DNA of 64,000 nucleotides from Octopus vulgaris (Eukaryota), in contig OX597814.1 of the NCBI GenBank assembly GCA_951406725.2, positions 46,748,001 to 46,812,000 on the forward strand, in the 5' to 3' direction. The stretch's first letter is position 1; every line of letters starts with the position of its first letter. The notes below the pieces were generated by a model that saw nothing but the letters and a program-made list of their open reading frames with translations, had not been told where the DNA came from and did no database searches. Below are positions 17,832 to 30,349 of this stretch, in pieces. The position numbers and the translations under genes are program-made.

Positions 17832-18880
17832 TTTTCCAGCCCGAAAGCTGTGGCCATGCTGAGGCACTACCATTGATTGTGCTACACTAGTATGTGAAAC
17901 CCCCTATGATATGTGGCACTTGGTGAACAAGGGAGCTCAACGCCACTGCCCACATCTGTGTTTCCTGCTGAGAGGTAGGTTCATCTGGAACCCCTGACAA
18001 GAAAAGATCCAGTTTAGTTTTAAAGAAATCCACACCATACAGGTCTCTCAGGCATTTAGGAAGGATATTGAAGAGCTGTGGTCCCCTGAAACCCAAGCTG
18101 TTGCAGTATCTGGTCCTTTATTTTGATGGTGATGTTGGGATCTTTGGCACCATGCAGTGGCACCCCATTCTGCTGTTGGGGTAAGTTTCAATGCCAAAAT
18201 TGGGGACAAGACCTTACAGGATTTTCCAGATGTATATCACTGCATATCTCTTCTGCCTTCGCTCCAGGGAAAAGAGTTTTAATACTTTCAGTCTTTCCCA
18301 GTAACTGATATGTTGCATTGAAACAATCTTCTTAGTGTAGCTTCATTGGATTGCTTCGAGTTCTGCTGTTAACTTTATATTGTGTGGTGACCATAGTTGG
18401 GAACAGTAGTCCAAGCGGCTGAGGACGAATGACTTCCAAAGGACCATCAGTGTCTCCTTCTCTCTTGTTCTGAATGTTCGGAGGATCCATCCAGCTAACC
18501 AACTTGGCAATATGCACTTGGAAAAATGCATCATTGCTCATGTCAATGCCCAAGTCACGCACTGATTTTGACTCAAGAATTGCAATTTTTCCTGGGCCAG
18601 TGTATCTGGTCTGCATGTTGTTCACCTTTGTGTGCTGGTAGCGCAGGGCCTGGAACTTCGCTGCATGAAACTGCATGTTGTTGTCCTCAGCCCACCTGTG
18701 TATTGTATCCAACTCCCATTGCAGATGTGCAATATTTCCAGGGTCTTGTATTGTCTGACAGACTTTTGTGTCATCTGCATAGGTGGCCATCTTAGCAACT
18801 GCGGGCATGTCTGAAGGGGCCACTATGAACAGCAGTGGCCCCAAGACAGTGCCCTGTGGAACACCACTTGTTATTTGTGT
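17832..18880 (-). mobile_element. CR1/L2-group LINE 3' fragment (degenerate RT)
   Basis: Minus-strand translations include [34 protein letters not shown] and ELEAIQ, with frameshifts. Same family and 3' end as 12085-12692. Confidence 0.88.
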
Positions 18881-18892
18881 TTCCTTGGAGAT

Positions 18893-19446
18893 GGCTTATA
18901 ATTGCTTTATCTACCAAGGTACTGTCAACTCAGATAGCTGGTCCCTCTGTTGGTTCGACATTCGGCTGACTCTCTTTCTCCCATTCATTTTCTTTATTCA
19001 GCAACCTTTCATAGTAGCGTTTCCAAACCTTTCTCTTTGTATCCTCATTTAGCGCAAGTGAACCGTCATCCATGCAAACACATTTCTCTCCTACAACATT
19101 GCGATTCTCTCTCACACACTGTCTTGCAACATGAAATACCTCAAGTCTTTGGTCCTCATGGCGCAGAACATTGGCAAATTTTTTTCTTATCTGCTTCACC
19201 TCTGGCTAAATAAACCTGCCTCCTAATTTCTCTTCTGGCAGTCTGATACAATTCCCTGCTACCACTGTTCTTCCAGTCCTTCCAAGCCTGTTTCTTTTGT
19301 CTAATAGCCCTGTCAACAACATTGTCCTACCACCATGTTATTTTGGGTCAAGAGGGGACTTTGCACCATCCACAGATCTGGTCGGTGGCCCTTAGCAGGT
19401 TGTCCCGTAGAAACCTCCAGTTGCCTTCTACATCATGTGAAGCTAT
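18893..19446 (-). mobile_element. RTE LINE internal fragment (EN-RT linker)
   Basis: Minus-strand [23 protein letters not shown]...KKFANVLRHEDQRLEVF...PNVEPTEGPAI matches ~6878-7430 of the intact copy and contains stops. Confidence 0.9.
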
Positions 19447-20720
<1,274 letters not shown>

Positions 20721-21666
20721 TGTGTCGAAAGTTTTTTATGGTATTCTTTCATTTGAAGAAGCAAAGTTGTCAACTCGACATATATTGGATCATATGATTA
20801 TTTGTTCATTTCCATAAAATTGGTTTAATTTCTGTATTCTTTGAAGAGAGCAGAAATTGAAAGAGAGGACAAAGTGAGAAGGTGACATTTGCTTTGAAGT
20901 GAGAGGAGAAAGTGTAAGATGTATGTGTATATGAAATAGATGTGTGTGAGTCAGAGAGAGTGAGTGAAGGTGTGTGTTGTGATGTATGAAATTTTTTGCA
21001 TGTATGTGCATGTGGCTCTCACTCGCTTTCTCTCTCTTTCTTTCTCTCTCACGCACACACATACACACACATTATCTTTCATACATATATAAATAGGTGG
21101 AGTTAAAGAAGACGCATACCACCTGTTTTCAGCGTAACCCTAACTGTAAACACTTGACCTTTGCCCATAAATACTTATGCATACATCTTTTTTGTGCATG
21201 AGAGAGAGAGGCTGTATTTCATCAAAACATAGAGAAAAATCGATCTCTTTTAATGCAATGTTTATGTGTACATTTTCATAAATGTTTGTCTGAGTAGAAT
21301 TCTAGGAATGTGTAAAACATTGGGCGAAAGTGATACATTAGAAGCAAATAAAAATATTGTCCAAAACTGAACTCAAAATTGTGCGACCAACGTAGTTGCT
21401 GAGGTTATCTTAGTTGTAAAAAGTTGTTGTTGAATCAAAGACTTAGTTTATTTGGTAGATGGATTATAATACATATGTGACTAATTCGGAGAAACATTAC
21501 TTTCATTATTCACACATTGTCACTCTTGTAATGCAACACTTTGTAATGAAACCTGGTCGTTGTAGAGAAGTGTATTTGAATAACTATAGCTAATTATTGA
21601 GATAATGTAGAAAATATGAAAATGAAAATAGTTTATTTGATGTGTAATTGATTTGATTGTTCTGGA

Positions 21667-21868
21667 AGGTGGTGAGCTGGCAGAGTCATTAGCATTCCGG
21701 GCAAAATGCTTGAGCGGTATTTCACTTGTTCAAATGACACCAGGGTCAACTTTGCCTTTCATTCTTTCGGGGTCTATAATTTAAGTACCAGTGAGACACT
21801 GGGGTCGATGTAATTGACTGGTCCCCTTCCCCGAAATTTCAGGCCTTGTGCCTATAGTAGAAAGGATT
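21667..21868 (+). mobile_element. tRNA-derived SINE with Nin/Deu-like central domain
   Basis: GGTGAGCTGGCAGAG head, GTTCAAAT B-box, and GCCTTTCATTCTTTCGGGGTCTATAATTTAAGTACCAG resembling the Nin/Deu domain. Confidence 0.65.
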
Positions 21869-22778
21869 TGATTGTTCTGGTCTTAACATCAGTTGGTAAG
21901 AATAGAAGTCATTTGGCGACACCCTTCTGTTTGTAATTGCCTATTGTGTTGCAGGTTCAATCCAAGGAATATTGAAATAATACCCATCTTGTCCATTCCA
22001 TAAAATAAGATTATACTGGAGAGTATCATAAGATGGATGAGTCTGTGAAACACGTTTAAGGTTATCTTGAACATGAATGAGAATATCATGATTTTCAATG
22101 GGATCACCAACCATAAGGATGGCTACTTCATTAAATGTGGGCTCATTAAAACAGCGTAAAATGTTCTTTACTATAGTTTACTATAGACGTAACGAACACA
22201 GAAAAACACACAAACACTCATTAAATTGATAATATTGAAAAGAGCAAAATGAACACACACAAAGTTCAAGCTAAACGAAATGTAGTCAATATAGGTGCAA
22301 AACATACTTTCAGTAGCATAGTTATGCTATAAAAGAATGGAAAGTCACCAATGTAAGAGAGTACAGAAAGTCTACATTTATTTGGAACATGTACTAAATG
22401 TTATAAAATTCACAATTGAATGAATGTCATTGTGAAGAAAGTGAAAGTCCAAGAAAATTCAGAAGGCATAATTGAATATCTCACACAAAAATAATTTATT
22501 TTACAATTTTGATACGAACGCTGAACCAAGTGTATAAAAAGGAAGATGCTGTTTCTGAAAATAAATACTGAGTAACGCAGTAAAGAGGGTGTGCAACGTT
22601 GATACTCACAGTGATGAAGAATACAAGGACTGTTAAAAAAACATTATCATAAAACTGGTTAGAAAGAGTGGAATAACATTTCTGTAATTATATTGAAAGA
22701 GCTGCTGAGGCTTTCTTCTTTGCCAAGTTTCCAAAATTTTTATAATAACTAAATCTTCATGTTAGTAGTACTTGAAAA

Positions 22779-22971
22779 TGTGTTTGTCTCCCCAACATCG
22801 CTTGACAACCGATGCTGGTGTGTTTACATCTCCATAACTTATCGGTTTGGCAAAGAGACCGATAGAATAAGTACTAGGCTTACAAAGAATAAGTCCTGGG
22901 GTTGATTTACTCAACTAAAGGCAGTGCTCCAGCATGGCTACAGTCAAATGACTGAAACAAGTAAAAGAGTA
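22779..22971 (+). mobile_element. SINE 3' half (same family as 36635-37010)
   Basis: Near-identical to 36818-37010 (GCTTGACAACCGATGCTGG...CAGTCAAATGACTGAAACAAGTAAAAGAG). Confidence 0.85.
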
Positions 22972-23042
22972 TATATGTATGTATATGTTTGTGTATATGT
23001 GTGTATATATATATATATGTATTTATATATGTATATATGTAT

Positions 23043-23192
23043 ATCATCATCATCGTTTAACGTCTGTTTTCCATGCTAGCATGTGTTGGATGGTTCAACT
23101 TGGGTCTGGGAAGCCAAAAGGCTGCGCCAGGCCCATTCTGATCTGGCAGTGTTTCTACAGCTGGATGCCCTTCCTACCGCCAACCACTCCGT
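23043..23192 (-). mobile_element. RTE 3'-terminal fragment, adjacent to the mariner
   Basis: (CAT)n, CCATGCTAGCATG and CTGGATGCCCTTCCTA; reverse complement of ~10055-10200. Confidence 0.85.
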
Positions 23193-23195
23193 ATA

Positions 23196-24490
23196 TGAGG
23201 GCCGTTCAATAAGTAATGCCCCTGACCCACTTCCCATAGCAGTAGAGCAACGAAACTTAGCACATTTATTAGTCTTTTTCTACATAGGAACCACCCAGAG
23301 TTACGCATTTCTCCCATCGTTTGATGCAGCTCTGGAGACCGTTTTTGTAGAAGACCTCAGCTTGGTCCTCCAACCACGACGTGACTTCAGAAATCAAGGC
23401 TGCATCATCTGGGAAACGCTTTCCTTTCAAAAACAACTTCATGGATGGGTAGAGGTAAAAATCAGAGGGTGCAAGGTCAGGAGAGTAGGGGGGATGGGGG
23501 GGGGGAGTTCATAGCCGCACGCCTGTGCTTCTGATCTGGTGACAAGCAAGTTGTGGACCGGAGCGTTGTCCTGCAGGAGGAGAATGCCTTTGCTGATCTT
23601 GCCCCGCCTCTTGATTTTGATAGCTTCTCTTAATTTCCTCAGAAGTGAAGCATAATAGGCTCCTGTAATTGCGGTACCCTTTGCCAGGAAATCTGTCATC
23701 ACTACTCCGTCCTGGTCCCAGAAGACTGTGAGCATGACCTTGCCAGAGAAGGGCTGCACCCTTGCCTTCTTTGGAGGAGGTGAGTCACGGTGCTTCCACT
23801 GCATTGACTGGGCTTTGGTCTCTGGATCATAGTGATGGACCCAGCTTTCATCCTGTGTAATCAGTCTTTTGAAAAATTTTGACTCATCTTCTTGGCACAT
23901 CTCCAAATTCATCCTCGAGCACTCGATGCATTCTTGCTTCTGGAAAGGTGTGAGCAACCTGGGAATCCATCTGGCAGACACCTTTTGCATATGCAAATGG
24001 TCATGAATGATAGTTTCCACAGACCCGGTACTAATCTTGACCTGATGGGCTATTTGGTGAATTGTTATGCATCGATCTTCCAAAATGGCAGCCTCAACTT
24101 GACGGACAAATGCCTCATCAATGGCAGAAAGAAGGCGACCAGGTCTGGGAGCTGTTTCCACAGAGTTCCGACCATGTTTAAATTCACGATGCCAACGTTT
24201 TACAAGGTCATATGATGGGGCATCATTACCATAAGTTACTTTCATTTCAGCAAAAGTCTTCCGTGGTGTGTGTCCTTTCAAATACAAAAACCGGATCACT
24301 GCTCGACACTCAACAGGCTCCATTTCACACTTGACTCAGTTCAAACACCTGTATATCAGAAGCCACAATTAGTTCAGAGATGTAATTTGCCACTTAATCT
24401 ATAGAGATATAAATAATTGAACATGCAAAATTTCAGCTAGATCAAACAACTGCAAGTGGGTCAGGGGGATTACTTATTGAACGTCCCTCG
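23196..24490 (-). mobile_element. mariner DNA transposon (Tc1/mariner, DD34D; irritans/Himar1-like), full length ~1.3 kb
   Basis: TIRs TGAGGGCCGTTCAATAAGTAATGCCCCTGACCCACTT and AAGTGGGTCAGGGGGATTACTTATTGAACGTCCCTCG, TA on both sides, transposase inside. Confidence 0.95.
23269..24323 (-). pseudogene. mariner transposase, frameshifted in the poly-G tract near 23490-23506
   Basis: HTH N-terminus, WIPRLL, TQDESWVHHYDPE and LQDNAPVH are present. The PDLAPSD C-terminal part continues in another frame to the stop at 23269-23271. Confidence 0.9.
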
Positions 24491-24815
24491 TATATATGTA
24501 TTTATATATGTAGGTATATGTGTATATAGAAAATTAACTTATTAGATACCATCTAATAAGTTAATGTTTAAGTATATAATATGAATAAATATTAAACTAT
24601 TTCTATGTAATTTCTTTCCTATTCTCCTGAATAATCTTCTTGAAAAGCCCTAAATTTTAACTTTATACAATACAGCAATATTGTTTAGAGAGTGACCATT
24701 GATTTTGCACCTATAAAGCGGTTAACAATCAACCTTCTATAAATATATTACTGCACTAATATTTTAGTGTTCTTTTTCGGATATATGAACTAACAATGTT
24801 TGTGTGTGTGTGTGC

Positions 24816-24850
<35 letters not shown>

Positions 24851-24854
<4 letters not shown>

Positions 24855-25055
24855 ATCCAAACAAGAAAACAAAAAGACAACAACGCGAGGATGTGGAACA
24901 AATAAAGTATTATTGGGCGCTCAGGGAAGAAGGAGGGTATGACGTTTCGAGCGGAGCTCTTCGTCGGAAACATAGGAGAAAGAAAGATCCCGAGGTGGGA
25001 GGACAGAGGGAAAAAAAATTGCAAGTGGCCTTCACGAGGTCACATACTGAAAAGA

Positions 25056-25058
<3 letters not shown>
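24851..25058 (-). mobile_element. short (TA)n-flanked insert carrying a hammerhead motif, probably a Penelope-like terminal fragment
   Basis: ~210 bp of non-repetitive, CpG-retaining sequence bracketed by pure (TA)n tracts, with a hammerhead core at 24937-24971. Confidence 0.55.
24937..24971 (-). ncRNA. minimal type I hammerhead ribozyme motif
   Basis: Minus strand GUUU-CCGACGA-A-GAGC(UCC)GCUC-GAAA-CG-UC-AUAC: core with a U4C variant, 4-bp stem II, minimal stem III and an imperfect stem I. Confidence 0.6.
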
Positions 25059-25087
<29 letters not shown>

Positions 25088-25139
25088 CTGAATCACCTCC
25101 ACATTGCTTAGTTTCCCCTTAGTATCATGTAAGTGGGTG

Positions 25140-25368
25140 TATTTGTGTCCAGTAGTTAAAAAAAATATCATCATCATACAAGCAATACAAGCACTATTGT
25201 TTGTTCCTTTGCAGTCTTCCCTGTAAACATGTCAGGTCATTGTGCTGTTCATGTAAGAAGATGTATGAGAAACGGGTGAGGGTTGGTAACAGGAAGGCAG
25301 CCGTTGAAAATTTCCCTAAATGAGTAAATTCCTGGCTCATGCAATTTTGGAAGAGGAGACGTTAAAAA
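25140..25368 (+). mobile_element. degraded SINE 3' half with RTE-type tail
   Basis: AAACGGGTGAGGGTTGGTAACAGGAAGG...GACGTTAAAA resembles 29680-29918, 37680-37920 and 57180-57375. Confidence 0.55.
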
Positions 25369-25758
25369 TTGCTGTGGTATGGTGCTGAGTTTTATTCAGA
25401 TATCGACAACTCTCTTCAGACTCTTAAGAGCCGTCAGTATTGTCAAGTGCAACATTCACTTCGAAAGCGTCTAATATTATATGCCATAACCAGGAATATA
25501 TATTGCTTGGCAGTTTGTGTGTGTGTGTGTGTGTGTGCGTGCGTGCGCAGGTTTGCAATTTTACGGTCTTTATCGAAGCTTATTCTGTTTTTGCATTTCA
25601 GCTTGCATTTTTTTGTGGCGCAGTATAGTTCCTAAATTTGTTACGAAGTAGATTATATAAGGGTTGATCGAAACATCTTGTTTACAAAGCTACTTAATAT
25701 TTGGAATTATTATGTTTTAATTGATTTTTGTTAGCCCTTGTGACCAATAAACGAACGA

Positions 25759-25759
<1 letters not shown>

Positions 25760-25812
<53 letters not shown>
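25760..25812. repeat. (TTA)n microsatellite
   Basis: About 17 perfect TTA units. Confidence 0.95.
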
Positions 25813-25814
<2 letters not shown>

Positions 25815-28221
25815 TACGTAAATAGTATCCACATGATTTAGGTAGATACGTTGATGTGCGGAAATATTAAGAAATTATTTGTTGAACCTGTCGCTTTTAA
25901 ATGTATGTTTCGTTTATAATAACAATAATAATAATGAAATTATTGTATACAGTGCTCAAGTGCACCACAACTTGTCAAAAGTGCGTATAAAGCATATGCA
26001 GTAATGTACAAATATCTTGGAAGTGAATAGTAACCTTTTTTGTTTTTATTTCTCTCAATACATATTACTGTTGTAGTTTTGTTTTGTAGTTCTTGTTCAA
26101 CTATAATCGATGTCCGGATTATAGTAATTAGATTGAGTCTTCGACGGATTTGGTATGACGAAAATAAACGACAAAAACAAAAAAAAAAAAAGAAAGTGCA
26201 TGGGATTATTTAATGTTTTGTCTTTAAGTCTATGTTATCCACGCATTAGTTTTTCTTTTATGCGAGAACGATTACAAAAACCTGGAATGTTGCTTGCTAC
26301 TGACTCTGTATCAACATGTTGATATGTTGCGAGGAAACGTCAATGCTGACACCCACCCACCCACTTAGTTTAACCACTCAAAATTGATTTATATGAGTGG
26401 ATGAAGACAGATAGCTTTAATGACTCTTAAAATGCAGTCCACATTTTTGAAAATTGGTACTATGTACAACAGTTGTGTTATTGTTATTATTATTAACAAT
26501 TCAAGATTAGTTAAGTGGTACCATGACCTTGCCTCTTGGGAACAGACGAAATCTAGTCTTGTTTCTTCTTTACAGCGGATTATTTACTTCATATTTAATA
26601 ATTAATAACCTATTTTCGTTGGATGGTGATTGACAAACGTACCAGGCATTTTCCGTGTAGTTAACTTGTAAATTACTGAAATGAAAGAAAACATGCACAA
26701 TGTATTGGTTTTGTATCTGACAATTCAGTTCAGCTCAGTAATAAATTATGCATAATTGATTGATGTATGTTCATTCTTACAATTTATTTAGGACTATCTT
26801 TTCAAATTGGATCATCTGCCACTTTTTTTTGTCATTCACTTTCATTTTTATTTTATTTACTTATTTATTACAATTTTTGTAAACAGTACAATTCCTCGCA
26901 CACTTTTGTCCTAGAATTTGGAATCATTTTACTCTCCTCGTTTGAGTTTAAACATCAGAAAATGGAGTGCTTTTCTTTTCAACTGAAATAAAATGATTTA
27001 TGTATTGCAGTGGGTGTGAACGAATATGCTTGCAAATATGTCATATAAATTTGTTTGATGTATAATTTCAGTCAAATGCATGTCCCAAACGACCAAGGAG
27101 GTTATTTATCTCTCTCTCTCTCTCACACACACACACAAGTCGTCTAAGAGACCATAAATCAGGAAACCTAGCTCTACTCCTACTGCTATTGGCCTTAAAC
27201 CATGTAATGGTGTTGCGCTATGTGTCGATGTCAGAGGTGTTCATCTCATTCTACATATATTTGAGAAATGACAACAGCGTCACTGCTTGTATTCAATGAT
27301 TATCTGCAAATTTGAGATTTAGACAAACATGGAAATTTGCAAGTGTTAGAGTTATGGGTGGGTTGGAGTGGTGAATGATTACGAAAAGTATTTAGCAAAA
27401 TCTGAGGAGCAAAAAATTATTGAAGAATATAAAAAGTGGACCCAAATGGAGGTGGTATGCAGCTAGCTTGTTTATAGATGCAGAGGTCCTTGTATTTGTG
27501 GTAGAAAAGGCATATAGAAGAATCATTGTGTCTGAAAGTCTGTGACTGTATCATGCTGTATCATGAATCTTAACCAATCAAATAGCCTTCTTTTTTATAT
27601 AGTGTAGGACAATTGCATGTGTGTGTGTGTGTAGGTAGCATCTGACTCCATATATATGTAGATCTTACTTGAGCCCTGTAAAGGACTAGCAATTGGTAAG
27701 GGAAGAAGTAATTGCTAGCTCTAAAGGGGAAGCTTATTTTTTAGGCTACAGTTTTGACAATGTTATAATTATAAGGCTAGATCCTTGTTTCAAGTTGTAA
27801 TCTTTTCCTTTCAAACGTAAACCAAAAACTGTTATAAAATTGTTTTTTTATTTCTAATAAGTATTAGTTATTTTACAGAAATCTTTCCAGTATGCTTTCC
27901 TTGGCCATTTACTCTGGGGAAAGTTATGCTTCGTCCACAGACAAGGACACATGCACACAATACAACCATGGCTGTCAAAGCATAAAACTGAATAATCAGA
28001 TAGTAGGGTGGAGATAATCCCATAAAACGAGAATGACAATCCATACATTGTATCCACCACTGTTTCTGGTCCTGCCAAATATTTGCTTACATTGGCAAAA
28101 CCTCTAGGTTGGTGAAATAAGGTGATCTGAAAAATAAGCTTCCTCTCTGGAGCTAGAACTTTACTAATTGCTAATCCTTTATAATGCCCAAGTAAGACCT
28201 ACACATATATGGAAGTAGATG

Positions 28222-28269
<48 letters not shown>

Positions 28270-28272
<3 letters not shown>

Positions 28273-28436
28273 CACCCACTACACTCACGGAGTGGTTGGC
28301 GTTAGGAAGGGCATCCAGCCGTAGAAACACTGCCAAATCTGACTGGGCCTGATGAAGCCTTCCGGCTTCACAGACCCCAGTTAAACCGTCCAACCCATGC
28401 TAGCATGGAAAACGAACGCTAAATGATGATGATGAT
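28270..28436 (+). mobile_element. RTE 3'-terminal fragment inserted in (TA)n
   Basis: Matches 10038-10203, with an (ATG)n tail and (TA)n on both sides. Confidence 0.9.
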
Positions 28437-29072
28437 ATATATATATATATACACACACATACACACACACACATCCTACACTACATTAATTTTGATGATA
28501 ATAATGAATTTAGTAATATAACTTTAGTCGTTATTAATCTTGTTTGGAACATAAATAAGCATGAAATTTTGATTAAATATTCACCAGTTTTATGTTCAAA
28601 CTAGCTTCTCACACCTACACTTCAAAAGCATTCTAAAACTAAACAATCATGTCATCAAAATCTCAAAGCCTTATGTTAATACATGATAAACTTAAAGCAA
28701 TGTGAATAAATAAGCATTACGTTTGATAGTAATCTGAATCCTAAAGGGTTAAAACAGGAAGTTTGTACTTTAGAACCAAGGGTGGTCTCAGGCAGGTTGG
28801 TTTCAAAACTACACCACATTGCCCTTCCCTTTGTTATAGTGTATCCTGTTACATTTTTTTTTATCTTAAATATGCTTTCAGAGAAAATATGTATTCTATG
28901 ACAGCAGCATAAGTATCTTTTAAAACTTTGAAGATTCAGTGGATCCATTAGATTAAATAAGTACTACTTAGCAAATTTATAGTTTCTCTGCATTCATTTG
29001 TTGGTTTCTTTTTCAATTTGTTTGCTTTATCTTAGTTATAAATTAATTTTCAGTATGCATTTGAAAAGTTGT

Positions 29073-29385
29073 GGAGACACATGGCCTAGTGGTTAGAGCA
29101 GCGGACACGCAGTCGAGGGATCGCGGGTTCGAATCTCAAACCGGGCGATGTGTGTGTTTATGAGCGAAACACCTAAGCTCCGCACGGCTCCGGCAGAAGG
29201 TAATGACGAACTTCTGCTGATTCTTTCGCCACAACTTTCTCTTACTCTTTCCTCCTGCATCTTGCAGCTCACCTGCGACAGATCGGCGTCCCGTCCAGGT
29301 GGGGAACCTATATGCCAAGGAAACTGGGAAACCGGCCCTTATGAGCCAAGCATGGCTCGAGAAGGAACAAATAACTGTTCCTTCT
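29073..29385 (+). mobile_element. tRNA-derived SINE (distinct family, CpG-rich)
   Basis: A-box TGGCCTAGTGG and B-box GGTTCGAATC, followed by a ~230-bp non-tRNA body. Confidence 0.75.
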
Positions 29386-29679
29386 AAAGGATAAAGGATG
29401 AACAACATTTGAAAAGTTACATTTTTGTTATATTTGTTTCTGTACTCACAAGGGTCAGAATTAAATTAGATTTTGAATGTGTGTGTGTATGCAAAATTGA
29501 TGATAAAGTAAAATCATGTAGACAAAGTGAAAACAGTAATAAAAGGTTAAAACTGCAGTAATGATGCATTTTTAATTGGACATTTAAAGAAAACCTATTC
29601 TAGCAGCAGTTTCAGTGGAATAGTATTTGTTTTAAATGCATATTAAAATAGTTATAAACTGAAAGAAGCCTGTCATATA

Positions 29680-29918
29680 TATGTGTTTGTGTTTCTCCTT
29701 GTATTGACATCACATGATAGTTGTTGGCAAGTATCATCATCATAGAAGTGATGTTTGTTTTCAGTTTTCTGTGAAAAACATGTCTGGCCACGGAGAAATA
29801 TTACCTTGCTTGGAAACGGGTGAGGGTTGGCAACAAGAGCATCCAGCTGCAAAAAATTTACCTGTACAAATTTTGTCTGATCCATGCAAGCATAGAAAAG
29901 TGTATGTTAAATGATGAT
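29680..29918 (+). mobile_element. SINE 3' half with RTE-type tail
   Basis: GGAAACGGGTGAGGGTTGGCAACAAGAGCATCCAGCTG...CCATGCAAGCAT...GTTAAATGATGAT. Confidence 0.7.
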
Positions 29919-29949
29919 ATTCTTCTCATTGTAATTTTAACTTTTTCAT

Positions 29950-30349
29950 CGAGGATTTGTAGCTGTGATACCAGTGCCGGTGGCACGTAAGAATACCATC
30001 TGAACTTGGCTGTAGCCAGCGCTGCCCTGACTGACTTCCGTGGCGGTGGTACGTAAAAAGCACCATCTGATTGTGGCTGTTGCCAGCCTCGCCTGGCCTC
30101 CATGCTGGTGGCACGTAAAAAGCACCATCTGATTGTGGCCGTTTGCCAGCCTCGTCTGGCACCTGTGCCAGTGGCACGTAAAAAGCACCCACTACACTCA
30201 CGGAGTGGTTGGCGTTAGGAAGGGCATCTAGCTGTAGAAACACTGCCAGATCAGACTGGGCCTGGTGCAGCCTTCTGGCTTCCCAGACTCCAGTTGAACC
30301 GTCCAACCCATGCTAGCATGGAAAGCGGACGTTAAATGATGATGATGAT
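29950..30349 (+). mobile_element. RTE 3' UTR fragment with four pseudoknot-type repeat units
   Basis: Four GTGGCACGTAAAAAGCACC-type motifs, then the conserved terminal domain and (ATG)n tail. Confidence 0.9.

Noticed and set aside
29073-29146. Possible tRNA gene
   Set aside because: A and B boxes are present but there is no convincing acceptor stem or terminator, and it continues into a SINE body.
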